From: an uncultured Gammaproteobacteria bacterium
GTDB taxonomy: Bacteria; Patescibacteriota; Patescibacteriia; Patescibacteriales; UBA12465
Reading direction: 5' to 3'
NCBI GenBank assembly: GCA_964500975.1
Contig: CAZCQW010000001.1
Span: forward strand, 49,750-113,749
Length of the DNA: 64,000 bases
Under the pieces are notes generated by a model. That model worked only from the letters and a program-made list of their open reading frames with translations, searched no databases and had not been told where the DNA came from. Shown piece by piece: positions 1 through 8,677 of the stretch (the stretch's first letter is position 1; each line of letters starts with the position of its first letter). Position numbers and translations under genes: made by a program.

Positions 1-661
1 TAAATAAGGGCGCCCATAAAGCAATTAAACAATTTCAAAAATATTTTTTTAAAGTCAGTCATAATAACACTAGAAATTGTTGGGTTTTAAAAGGCGACAT
101 TAGAAAATTTTTTGCCAGCATTGACCATGTTATTTTGTTGGATATTTTAGAGGATTATGTTCCTGATAAAGATATTTTAGAATTACTTGGAAAAATTATT
201 AGTAGTTTTAAGACCGGAATTAAAAATAAAGGTTTGCCGCTGGGAAATCTAACTTCCCATCTTTTTGCCAATATCTATTTAAATAAATTTGATCAGTTTA
301 TAAAACATAAATTAAAAGTTAAATATTATATTCGTTACGCCGATGATTTTGTTTTGATGTCCGATAATAAAGAATATCTTAAAAATCAAGTTTCTTTAAT
401 CCAAGATTATTTGCTAATAATCTTAAGTTAGAACTTCATCCTAATAAATTATTTTTAGAAACCATTTCTTCTGGTGTTGATTTTTTAGGTTGGGCCCATT
501 TTCCTGACCACCAAGTTTTACGCGGAGCCACAAGAAGAAGAATGTTTAGAAAAATTAGTAAAAATTCCAAAGAAGAATCTTTAAATTCATACTTAGGTTT
601 GCTTAGTCACGGTAATGCTAAAAAGTTGCAAGCAATAATTATCACAAAAAAAAGTGGTTAA
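1..661 (+). pseudogene. DGR-type (diversity-generating retroelement-like) reverse transcriptase; 5' end cut by the window edge and interrupted by a 1-nt frameshift
   Basis: Reading from nt 3 gives ..WVLKGDIRKFFASIDHVILL..GLPLGNLTSHLFANIYLNKFDQFIKHKL..YIRYADDFVLMS (RT motifs with a YADD catalytic box). This ORF stops at 431. Another frame continues with ANNLKLELHPNK..GVDFLGW..LR to TAA 659-661. The shift lies in the T-run of gattatttgct at about 411-420. Confidence 0.7.
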
Positions 662-671
662 CTCTGTTTTT

Positions 672-1595
672 TTATTTAAGTAATTTTTGATTATATTTAG
701 CCAGTTCACATCTTACTTTTCCTTCCATATCGTCGCGAGACACAGAGCCAGAGTTATTTAATATTTTTTCTCTATTAAAAGTTAAGAAATTATTTAGTTC
801 GAGGACCCAATCTTTCATATACATTAGTCTTTCTTTAGCGCTTTGTAGTTCGGCGTATGACAAAAATTGTTCAACTAATAAGTTTAAAAGTCTCAGCTCC
901 AACTCAGCCAAATAGTTCTTAGCTACCTCGGCTTGATCACGGGTAATAATCTCACCTTTGAAGTTAGTTAAACCAAGATATTCGTCATTACTATCTATTC
1001 GGTTAAACACAATTTCGGCGGCCGTTAGTCCAGTAATAGCATAATGAAATTTATTCTGTACCATGGCAAAAAATTGCTTAGCATAATCCACTTTAGGACT
1101 ATAATCAACACTAGTAGCAAAAATATCTTTGATTTTCTGATAAAAATTAGCCTCTGAAGTTCTAATTTTTCTGATTCTTTCCTCGAGTTCTTGGAAGTAC
1201 GGATGTGCTACTTGCCCATTAGATAATCTGTCGTCATCCATTACAAAACCTTTGATGATATATTCTTTTAACTTTTGGGTGGCCCAGATGCGAAACTGGG
1301 TGCCACGAATTGAGTTAACACGGTAGCCAACAGAGATAATGGCATCTAGGTTATAATGCTTAGTCACGTAGTTTTTGCCATCTGAAGCAGTTAGGAAGTA
1401 ATCCTTCATAACTGAATTTTCGCTAAGTTCAGCCTCATTAAACACGTTCTGTAAATGAATACCAATGTTTCTAAGACTGCACCCAAATAACTCAGCCATT
1501 TGATTCTGAGTTAACCACAGCGTTTCATTCTTCAATTTAACCTCAATTTTTATTTCCCCACTCTCCGAACTGTAAATAATGATTTGATTGTTCAT
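672..1595 (-). CDS. RhuM-family virulence-associated protein
   Basis: 307-aa ORF. The N-terminal part (..KNETLWLTQNQMAELFG..RNIGIHLQNVF..DAIISVGYRVNSIRGTQFRIWATQKLKEYIIKGF) matches the conserved RhuM family pattern from memory. Confidence 0.75.
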   Translation of the reverse strand: MNNQIIIYSSESGEIKIEVKLKNETLWLTQNQMAELFGCSLRNIGIHLQNVFNEAELSENSVMKDYFLTASDGKNYVTKHYNLDAIISVGYRVNSIRGTQFRIWATQKLKEYIIKGFVMDDDRLSNGQVAHPYFQELEERIRKIRTSEANFYQKIKDIFATSVDYSPKVDYAKQFFAMVQNKFHYAITGLTAAEIVFNRIDSNDEYLGLTNFKGEIITRDQAEVAKNYLAELELRLLNLLVEQFLSYAELQSAKERLMYMKDWVLELNNFLTFNREKILNNSGSVSRDDMEGKVRCELAKYNQKLLK

Positions 1596-1599
1596 AACT

Positions 1600-1629
1600 T
1601 TAAACTTAATTAATAATAATTAAGTTTAA
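1600..1629. promoter_or_regulatory. 30-bp palindrome (12-bp perfect arms ttaaacttaatt / aattaagtttaa, 6-nt centre), 4 nt upstream of the RhuM start codon
   Basis: Direct reading of the sequence. The arms at 1600-1611 and 1618-1629 are exact reverse complements. Confidence 0.4.
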
Positions 1630-1658
1630 CAAAAGACATATGAAAATTTCATAAAGAA

Positions 1659-1685
1659 CAAAAAAATAGACAATTTTGTGTCTAC
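1659..1685 (-). terminator. Rho-independent terminator for the minus-strand operon that ends at 1716
   Basis: On the minus strand: tagaca-caaaat-tgtcta hairpin followed by a T7 run. Confidence 0.6.
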
Positions 1686-1715
1686 TTATGGTTTACCAAC
1701 TTGTTTTTTTAAATT

Positions 1716-2213
1716 CTACAAATCCGCAACAATCTTCAGCTCTAAATTTTTAGTATCAGTTTCTAAAATCGCAAAAGTAGCAGAGTTAAATATACCGGCT
1801 AAATTTCCTGGGTTAGCGATAATGGTTTTGCCATCATTTTCTATCCAAGGTTTATGAGTATGTCCGTAAAAAATAAAGTCTAAGGTAAGTGGGGCTAATT
1901 CTTTAGCTTTTTTAATTTTTTCCGGCTCATGACAATAGGCAATATTTAAACCAGCTAGTTCAGTAATCGCAATTTCGCCGTGATAGTTTATGTTAGAAAA
2001 CTTGCTTAAATCTTTTTCGTTATATAGATCAGCATTGCCTGAAACAATAAAAATCTCGCCTAAAAAGTTTTTAGCGAGATTTTTAATCGTATTTAAATTA
2101 GTAATGTCACCACAGCAAATAATTTTACTTACCTCTCTATCTTTAAGATAATCTAAACAATTTTTTAGATTAGTCAAATTATCATGAATATCAGAAATAA
2201 TCGCAATTAACAT
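1716..2213 (-). CDS. Metallophosphoesterase, YfcE/MJ0936-like phosphodiesterase
   Basis: 165 aa with the calcineurin-like motif series SDIHDN .. GDI .. GNAD .. GHTH. Confidence 0.8.
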   Translation of the reverse strand: MLIAIISDIHDNLTNLKNCLDYLKDREVSKIICCGDITNLNTIKNLAKNFLGEIFIVSGNADLYNEKDLSKFSNINYHGEIAITELAGLNIAYCHEPEKIKKAKELAPLTLDFIFYGHTHKPWIENDGKTIIANPGNLAGIFNSATFAILETDTKNLELKIVADL

Positions 2214-2214
2214 A

Positions 2215-2778
2215 CTATTTCTTAGCGCGTAATTTTATCTCATATGTCATCTGCTCTAACTTACGTAAATGATCATATTTAGTGCGTAAATATCCGGTCA
2301 TATCAAAGTCAATTAACTGGCCCATGATATCTTCGGCCAATTTTTTAATTTTTGCTACCTCAGAAAACTTTCCGCTCGCAGCTTGATTAGTCGCATAACG
2401 AACTAATTCGCCAATCATATCACAAATACCACCTAAGTATGATTCGTAATCAAGTGTTAAGCCTTTAACTGCTTCAATTGGTTTATTTTTAACAACTAAA
2501 TATAAAGTTTTTCCTTCTAAATATTCTTCAGCCGCCGCTTTATAAGCACCTTCGCGGTGAAGTCTTTCAAAACCAAATCTTTCTTCTAAATTTTTTAAAG
2601 CTTTTTCTATTTCAGAAATTTTGACTTCGGCCACTTTAAAATCTTGACGCTGTAAAGCGAATATTGTTTTTTTAGCCTCGAATAAAATATTGTTTGATGC
2701 GCTAATAATTTGGCGACGTTCTGACTCGTTAGCTTGGTAGTCTTTTTTTAATTGAATTAGAAATTTATCATTAATCAT
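2215..2778 (-). CDS. Translin-family-like / hypothetical helical protein
   Basis: The ORF track starts at 2814. I prefer the ATG at 2776-2778 (MINDKF..), because 2787-2810 is occupied by GC hairpins. The family call rests only on my recollection of COG2178-like sequences (..YLGGICDMIGELVR..). Confidence 0.4.
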   Translation of the reverse strand: MINDKFLIQLKKDYQANESERRQIISASNNILFEAKKTIFALQRQDFKVAEVKISEIEKALKNLEERFGFERLHREGAYKAAAEEYLEGKTLYLVVKNKPIEAVKGLTLDYESYLGGICDMIGELVRYATNQAASGKFSEVAKIKKLAEDIMGQLIDFDMTGYLRTKYDHLRKLEQMTYEIKLRAKK

Positions 2779-2786
2779 ATACGTAG

Positions 2787-2801
2787 TCCGCCTTGGGCGG
2801 A
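2787..2801 (-). repeat. GC-rich 15-nt mini-hairpin (minus-strand sense TCCGCCCAAGGCGGA)
   Basis: 6-bp GC stem with a 3-nt loop, 8 nt upstream of the ATG at 2778. An extra complementary arm at 2806-2810 allows an alternative pairing. Confidence 0.6.
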
Positions 2802-2826
2802 TATGTCCGCTCAAGGAAGGTGTTAT

Positions 2827-5800
2827 TTAAATTACTCGAAAAACTTCCTCGATACTAGTTTCTCCGTTTAAGGCTTTCAAAATACCATCTTGAAGCATGG
2901 TAATTGAACCATCTTTAATTGCGGCTTGCTCGACCTCGAAGTCAGTCGAATTTTCTTTTAAGATTAAAGTTTGAATTTCTGGTGTCATTGAAATTGTTTC
3001 ATACAAACCAAGGCGACCCTTATAGCCAATATGACCACATTTTTCACAACCAGCGCCGTGATAAAAAGTTAGCTTTTCTGGAATTATAATTTCGGGGTTA
3101 TTTATTTGAGCTAAATTTTCTTTTACTCGTTTTAGGTCTTCTGGCGATATTTCAACTTCCTTTTTACAGTATTGACAAATTTTTCTAACTAAACGTTGTC
3201 CGATCGTAAACTCAATAGCGTTAATAAGTGTTTGTCTATCTAGACCAAGTCCTGCAAAACGAGAAATAGCTCCAGCGGCACTATTTGCGTGAATAGTAGA
3301 TAAAACTAAATGTCCAGTTAAGGCGGCATCCATAGCTATTTTAGCAGTTTCGGAGTCGCGAATTTCTCCTATCATCATGATGTTCGGATTTTGGCGAAGC
3401 AAAGAACGGATGGCAGCCGCAAAAGTATATCCGCTCGCCTCATCAATTTGAGTTTGCATTACCCCGGGCAATTGATATTCTATCGGATCTTCAATTGTAA
3501 TTATTTTAACGTCAGGTTTGTTTAACTTGTTTAAAATACTGTAAAGAGTGGTTGTTTTGCCGCTACCAGTTGGTCCTGTTGTAAGAATGATTCCGCGAGT
3601 TTTAGTTATGGCCTTGTTTAAAGATTTCAAGGCGACTGAATTAACGCCTAGGTCTTCAGTTTTTAAATCAATAGCGTTTGTAAGTAAAAGTCTAATAACA
3701 ATTGTTTCTCCATAACCACCGGCAATAATTGATAAACGACAATCCATTTTTCTGTCAGGAAGATAAATATTGAAACGCCCATCAAATGTGGCTCGTTTAA
3801 CGTTAGTAGCCTCACCGGCAAGAATTTTTATTTCCGAGAGAAGTGGTAAGTAACTTGTTTTTGGTAGTTTGAAAAAATCATGTAAAACTCCATCAATTCT
3901 AAATCTAATTGTGACATCTTTTTCTGTTGGCTCGATGTGAATATCGCCTGCGTTATTGAAAACGGCGAGCGACATCACTAGTCTTATTAGTTCAGTGCTA
4001 GGTATTTTTTTAACTTTTTCAGAAATGCTTTCTATGTCTTTGCTTAATTCCTCTGCCTTTAAATAATCTTCTTGTTTAACCTTTACTCCTCGTCCCATCG
4101 TTTGAGAAATCACGATATCATAAAGCTCGTCTATGTAATCAAAATTACCAATAACACGATAGACTTCGTCGAGTGATGTTTGCCCTTCTAGCACCTTTAA
4201 AACTCCATCCTGAAGCATGGTAATCATTCCATTTTCAATGGCTTGTTGTAAAATCTTAAAAGAAGGTGCGCTGTCTATTGTTAATTGTTTTATTTTATCA
4301 TCCATGACAAAAACCTCGTAAATGCCCAAACGACCTTTATAGCCTATAAAATTACATTCATCGCAGCCTTCGCCGGCTTTATAAATATTCGGGATTAAGG
4401 TTGGTATATCAATTCCAGCCTTAGGAGAAATAACTGATAAAATTTTATTGATTTTTTCATCTTCTTCTGCGCTTAAAGTGTGTTCCAGACGACAGTTTGG
4501 GCAAAGCTTTCGCAATAGGCGCTGACCGACAACTGCGTTTATAGAAGGAACTAAAAAATATGGTTTAACCCCCATGTCTATTAATCGAGGGATAACCCCT
4601 GAAGCATCATTGGTGTGAAGAGTTGATAAAACTAAATGGCCGGTTAGAGATGCTTGCACGGCAATTTCAGCTGTCTCTAAATCTCTAATTTCTCCAACCA
4701 TAACTACATTTGGATCTTGTCTTAAAACAGATCTAAGTCCATCAGAAAAAGTATAACCATGTTTAGTATCAACCTGGCTTTGGTTTATTCCCTTTAGCTG
4801 ATATTCCATTGGATCTTCTAATGTAATTATTTTAGTGCCTGGTTGGTTTAATTTATTAATTATCGCATAAAGAGTTGTGGTTTTTCCGCTGCCAGTTGGG
4901 CCAGTTGTTAAAATTAGTCCGTTTGGCTTGGCAATTTCTTTTTGAAGTATTGGAATAATTTCCGGTCTAAAGCCTAGGCTGTCTAATTCAAGCGCAGCAG
5001 TCGATGAGTCCAGTAAACGCATAACAACGCTTTCTCCGAAAGCAGTTGGTAAAAACGAACTACGAACATCTATATTTTTGTTACTTAGGTGAATTACGTA
5101 TCGCCCATCTTGAGGTTTGTTGTTAACATTGATTTTTACATGAGCTAACATTTTTAAACGAGAAATAATCTTCTTCCATTTATCTCTGTTAATAATGGCT
5201 GCTTCTTGTAGTACTCCATCTATTCTTAGTCTAATAACAACTCCAGATTCCTCTGCTTCGATATGAACATCGCTTGCTCTTGCTTTTAGCGCGGTTGCTA
5301 AAATAAGAGTTACTACATCACTGATATTGACCTCATTAATTTTGTAATTAAGATTTTTATAACTAGAAATATCGGCCTTAAATTTCTCAAGGCTTGTTTC
5401 GCTTATTTCGATGCCACTCTCATATCGTTTTACTTTTGGCACGTTTTTGTATTCCTCAAGTGCGCAACTAAAACTATTTTCTGAAATGAGATAAGCTCTA
5501 CCGCTAGTAAAGTATCTTTCATTTAGATCGCTTAGCAAGTCCATGGCCTCGCTAGTTTTTTCCAAAAGACCTAGTCGTATGTTTTTTCCGTCGTAGTAAA
5601 AACAAACAACCTTTAACTCAAGAGCAATATCTTCAGGTATTAGAGATATGGCCTCCGGGCTAACAGGAAAACCTACAAGGTTAACATAATCAAGCCCGAT
5701 TAGCCTGGCTTGACTTTCAGTTTTCTTTTCTATGTCTTTAAGTTTTATCTCTTCTTGTTTTTTAGCAAAAAGACCGGTGACGCTATCTTCGTCATCGGTT

Positions 5801-5838
5801 GGGTTTATGAGGTTATTAATCGAAGTAAGATTGCTCAT
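2827..5838 (-). CDS. pilB: Tandem-fused double PilB/GspE-type type IV pilus / T2SS assembly ATPase
   Basis: A 1003-aa ORF with one N-terminal GspE_N/MshEN-like domain followed by two complete ATPase cores. Walker A GPTGSGKTTTLY occurs twice. Walker B/Asp boxes are VVMVGEIRD and IMMIGEIRD. His boxes are TGHLVLSTLHTN and TGHLVLSTIHAN. There are two tetracysteine clusters (CPNC..CDEC and CQYC..CEKC). Confidence 0.9.
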   Translation of the reverse strand: MSNLTSINNLINPTDDEDSVTGLFAKKQEEIKLKDIEKKTESQARLIGLDYVNLVGFPVSPEAISLIPEDIALELKVVCFYYDGKNIRLGLLEKTSEAMDLLSDLNERYFTSGRAYLISENSFSCALEEYKNVPKVKRYESGIEISETSLEKFKADISSYKNLNYKINEVNISDVVTLILATALKARASDVHIEAEESGVVIRLRIDGVLQEAAIINRDKWKKIISRLKMLAHVKINVNNKPQDGRYVIHLSNKNIDVRSSFLPTAFGESVVMRLLDSSTAALELDSLGFRPEIIPILQKEIAKPNGLILTTGPTGSGKTTTLYAIINKLNQPGTKIITLEDPMEYQLKGINQSQVDTKHGYTFSDGLRSVLRQDPNVVMVGEIRDLETAEIAVQASLTGHLVLSTLHTNDASGVIPRLIDMGVKPYFLVPSINAVVGQRLLRKLCPNCRLEHTLSAEEDEKINKILSVISPKAGIDIPTLIPNIYKAGEGCDECNFIGYKGRLGIYEVFVMDDKIKQLTIDSAPSFKILQQAIENGMITMLQDGVLKVLEGQTSLDEVYRVIGNFDYIDELYDIVISQTMGRGVKVKQEDYLKAEELSKDIESISEKVKKIPSTELIRLVMSLAVFNNAGDIHIEPTEKDVTIRFRIDGVLHDFFKLPKTSYLPLLSEIKILAGEATNVKRATFDGRFNIYLPDRKMDCRLSIIAGGYGETIVIRLLLTNAIDLKTEDLGVNSVALKSLNKAITKTRGIILTTGPTGSGKTTTLYSILNKLNKPDVKIITIEDPIEYQLPGVMQTQIDEASGYTFAAAIRSLLRQNPNIMMIGEIRDSETAKIAMDAALTGHLVLSTIHANSAAGAISRFAGLGLDRQTLINAIEFTIGQRLVRKICQYCKKEVEISPEDLKRVKENLAQINNPEIIIPEKLTFYHGAGCEKCGHIGYKGRLGLYETISMTPEIQTLILKENSTDFEVEQAAIKDGSITMLQDGILKALNGETSIEEVFRVI

Positions 5839-5841
5839 AGC

Positions 5842-6819
5842 TTATTTTTTTCGGAAAAGTCGCTCTAACTTAGAAGCCCCTTTATTTTCATTAAGTTTAA
5901 TGTATAAATCAGTCCAACTTGCTACTTGAAAACTTGTTAAAATTGACCCAAATACGGTTACAGCGACTATGCATAAAATAATTACTAAAATAGCTAACCA
6001 GTTAATTGAAAATACTAAGCCTAGCCAAATAAACGGAAAAGCAACAATCGCTAAAGAAATCAAAATCACCACGCTACTAAAGAAGCTAATTAAAAAAAGC
6101 AGCATAGCCAACTCCAGGCTGATTAGCCAATTATTTAAAAATAATTTATAAGCCTTCTCAAAAGAATTAATGATTGATTTATTTTCTAAAACCCTTGCTG
6201 ATATCGCATATTTAACTATTAGAGATAGTGATAAGGCAATTGGGACAAAGATTGTAAATAGGATAGTGTAGGCAATAGTAAGAATTAAACTATCACTTAT
6301 AACCATAAAAAGAAGCGGCAAACTAATAATGAAGAAGGAGAAACTAATTAAGAGTCTGATTAAAATATTTAAACCTAAAACACTCCAAAAATGCTCATTT
6401 CCGACTGCTAAACCGCTGCGAATACTGGAGTCTGATGCTTTCTTTTTTGCGCTTAATATTCTTTTTATTCTATCAATTAGAGCTGCCTGAGAGCTGACGG
6501 CGAACCAAGTTATGGTTACGATTAAAGTTAAAGCTAAAAGAAGTATGGTAAAAGAATTAATAATAACAATTATGTTCTGACTAAATAGGTCTATTAGGCC
6601 AAACCAAATTTTTTGACCTAATTCGCTTATGGCAAGCAGGGAATTTAATCCTTGATAGGATCCATTTACAACGCCGTTACTAAATACTTGGGTGATGTAT
6701 CTGTATTCCATAGACCCTCCGGCGACCGTTAAAGACGCAAAAAGACCGAAAAACCATAAATATTTATGAGTCCAGACAATGACCCAGGCTTGTTTTAAAA
6801 TTGAGCGATAAGAGAACAT
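5842..6819 (-). CDS. Polytopic membrane protein of unknown function (about 3 nt upstream of the double PilB gene, same strand)
   Basis: 325 aa with multiple long hydrophobic segments. No family recognised. Confidence 0.6.
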   Translation of the reverse strand: MFSYRSILKQAWVIVWTHKYLWFFGLFASLTVAGGSMEYRYITQVFSNGVVNGSYQGLNSLLAISELGQKIWFGLIDLFSQNIIVIINSFTILLLALTLIVTITWFAVSSQAALIDRIKRILSAKKKASDSSIRSGLAVGNEHFWSVLGLNILIRLLISFSFFIISLPLLFMVISDSLILTIAYTILFTIFVPIALSLSLIVKYAISARVLENKSIINSFEKAYKLFLNNWLISLELAMLLFLISFFSSVVILISLAIVAFPFIWLGLVFSINWLAILVIILCIVAVTVFGSILTSFQVASWTDLYIKLNENKGASKLERLFRKK

Positions 6820-6932
6820 ATTTTTTTAAAATTAATTGAAAAACTTAATAAAGTCTGATATTATTATAACATAATTTTATAATTATCACCAAGCATTAAA
6901 TCAATAAGTAGCACAATTTTTAATATTCTTTT

Positions 6933-8633
6933 ATGTTAACAACCCTAGATAACTTAAAGCAGCAAATTATTAAAGAATTAAAACTCAAAGAAGCCGTTTT
7001 TTCTTTTCCGCCTAGTAGCCTTTTGGGTGATTTAAGTCTCGCTTGTTTCGAGTTGGCCAAAGAAAGTAAAAAAAATCCGGCTGATATGGCAACCCAGTTA
7101 GCTAAAGAACTAAATGATCAAAAAAAATTAAAAAAATACTTTAGCGACATAAAAGCTGCCGGGCCCTATCTTAATTTCTTTATTAATCAAGAATATTTGG
7201 CTAATAGGGTTATTACAGGGATTAAAAGAGCGAAAAAAAAATATGGTTTTAATAATTTAGGTAAATTTAAGGGGGTAATGATTGAATATTCAAATGGCAA
7301 CACTCATAAAGAATATCATGTTGGTCATTTAAGAAATATTTCTTATGGGGACGCTGTTAATCGTTTGTTAAAAGCTAACGGGTTTAACTCTATTCCAGTT
7401 TCTTATATTAATGATTTTGGCATCCATGTCGCAAAAACTATCTGGAATTGGCAAAGGAACGATAAATATAAAAAAAGCCAAGAAGAAAAAGGATATTTAC
7501 TAGGAAAATGCTATAGTGAAGCCGCCCAAGAGTTGATCAGTAATCCCGAATATAAAGATGATATGGTTAAGATTATGAAGGAAATTGAGAGTCGCGAAGG
7601 GGTGTCTTATGCTCTTTGGCAGGAAACGAGAGAGTGGAGCATAAAATATTTTAATTCTATTTATAAAGATTTAGGTATAAAGTTTGATCATATTTTTTAT
7701 GAAAATGAATATATCGATGCCGGTCTAAAATTAGTTAAAGAATTGACAGATTCAGGCCAATTAGTTAAAAGTGAGGGGGCAATAATTGCTAATTTAGAAA
7801 ATTATAAATTGGGAGTTTTGCCGGTTATTAGAACTGATGGCACCGCACTATATCCAGTTGCTGATTTAGCGCTTGCTCAGGCCAAGTTTAAAAACTATAA
7901 AATATCTGAATCTATATACGTGGTTGATGTTCGTCAAAGTTTATACTTTCAACAATTAGCTAAAATCTTTGAGTTATTAGGCTATAAACAAAAAGTTAAG
8001 CATCTTGGTTATGATTTTGTGACCTTGCCCGATGGTATGATGTCATCTAGAACTGGAAATGTTATTACTTATGAGGACTTGAAAGTTAAAATATTGGATA
8101 AGTTGTTCCAAGAAACAAAAAAACGTCATGAAGATTGGACAGACGATAGGGTTCGTCAGGTAGCCTGGAGTTTAATGATTTCAACTATCAAATTTGAAAT
8201 GTTAAAAGTAAGTGCGGATAAGATTATCGTTTTTAATATTGAAGAAGCTTTACGTTTTGATGGTTATACGGCCTGTTATTTGCAGTACGGATATGTCCGC
8301 TTGAAAAGCATTGTTCGCAAGGAATCTTTTAATTTTTTTGCTGGTCCAGTTAGTTTGGATGAGTTAAAAGAAGTCAAAGAGAAGGAGCTGCTAATTAAAT
8401 TGGCTCGCTATCCAGAAATTATTAAATTAGCTAGCGAAAAGTACAATCCAAGTGAACTTGCTAAATATTTATTTGAGCTGGTACAATTATTCAACGATTA
8501 TTACCATAATATAAACATTTTAAAATCGGAGCCTAAAGTTAGTCGGGCTCGTTTAGCTCTTGTTAAAGCAATCGCTCAAGTTTTAAGTAACGGTTTTGAT
8601 ATTTTGGGTCTAAAAATAATTGAAGAAATGTAA
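6933..8633 (+). CDS. argS: Arginine--tRNA ligase
   Basis: 566 aa with a class I HIGH-type motif (HVGHLRN) and a typical ArgRS C-terminal DALR-like region. Confidence 0.9.
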   Translation: MLTTLDNLKQQIIKELKLKEAVFSFPPSSLLGDLSLACFELAKESKKNPADMATQLAKELNDQKKLKKYFSDIKAAGPYLNFFINQEYLANRVITGIKRAKKKYGFNNLGKFKGVMIEYSNGNTHKEYHVGHLRNISYGDAVNRLLKANGFNSIPVSYINDFGIHVAKTIWNWQRNDKYKKSQEEKGYLLGKCYSEAAQELISNPEYKDDMVKIMKEIESREGVSYALWQETREWSIKYFNSIYKDLGIKFDHIFYENEYIDAGLKLVKELTDSGQLVKSEGAIIANLENYKLGVLPVIRTDGTALYPVADLALAQAKFKNYKISESIYVVDVRQSLYFQQLAKIFELLGYKQKVKHLGYDFVTLPDGMMSSRTGNVITYEDLKVKILDKLFQETKKRHEDWTDDRVRQVAWSLMISTIKFEMLKVSADKIIVFNIEEALRFDGYTACYLQYGYVRLKSIVRKESFNFFAGPVSLDELKEVKEKELLIKLARYPEIIKLASEKYNPSELAKYLFELVQLFNDYYHNINILKSEPKVSRARLALVKAIAQVLSNGFDILGLKIIEEM

Positions 8634-8650
8634 AAGGAATTAAGAGTAAT

Positions 8651-8666
8651 GTTCGCCGAGGCGAAC
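8651..8666 (+). repeat. GC-rich mini-hairpin (gTTCGCCGAGGCGAAc), a variant of the TCCGCC/GGCGGA family
   Basis: Lies between the argS stop and the glyQS start, 11 nt upstream of the ATG at 8678. Confidence 0.5.
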
Positions 8667-8677
8667 TATGTAACTAT

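Noticed and set aside
5732-6151. Track ORFs 5732-5929 (+) and 5969-6151 (+)
   Set aside because: They lie antisense to the well-supported double-PilB and membrane-protein genes. Their composition is low-complexity and they have no start-site signals, so they are shadow ORFs.
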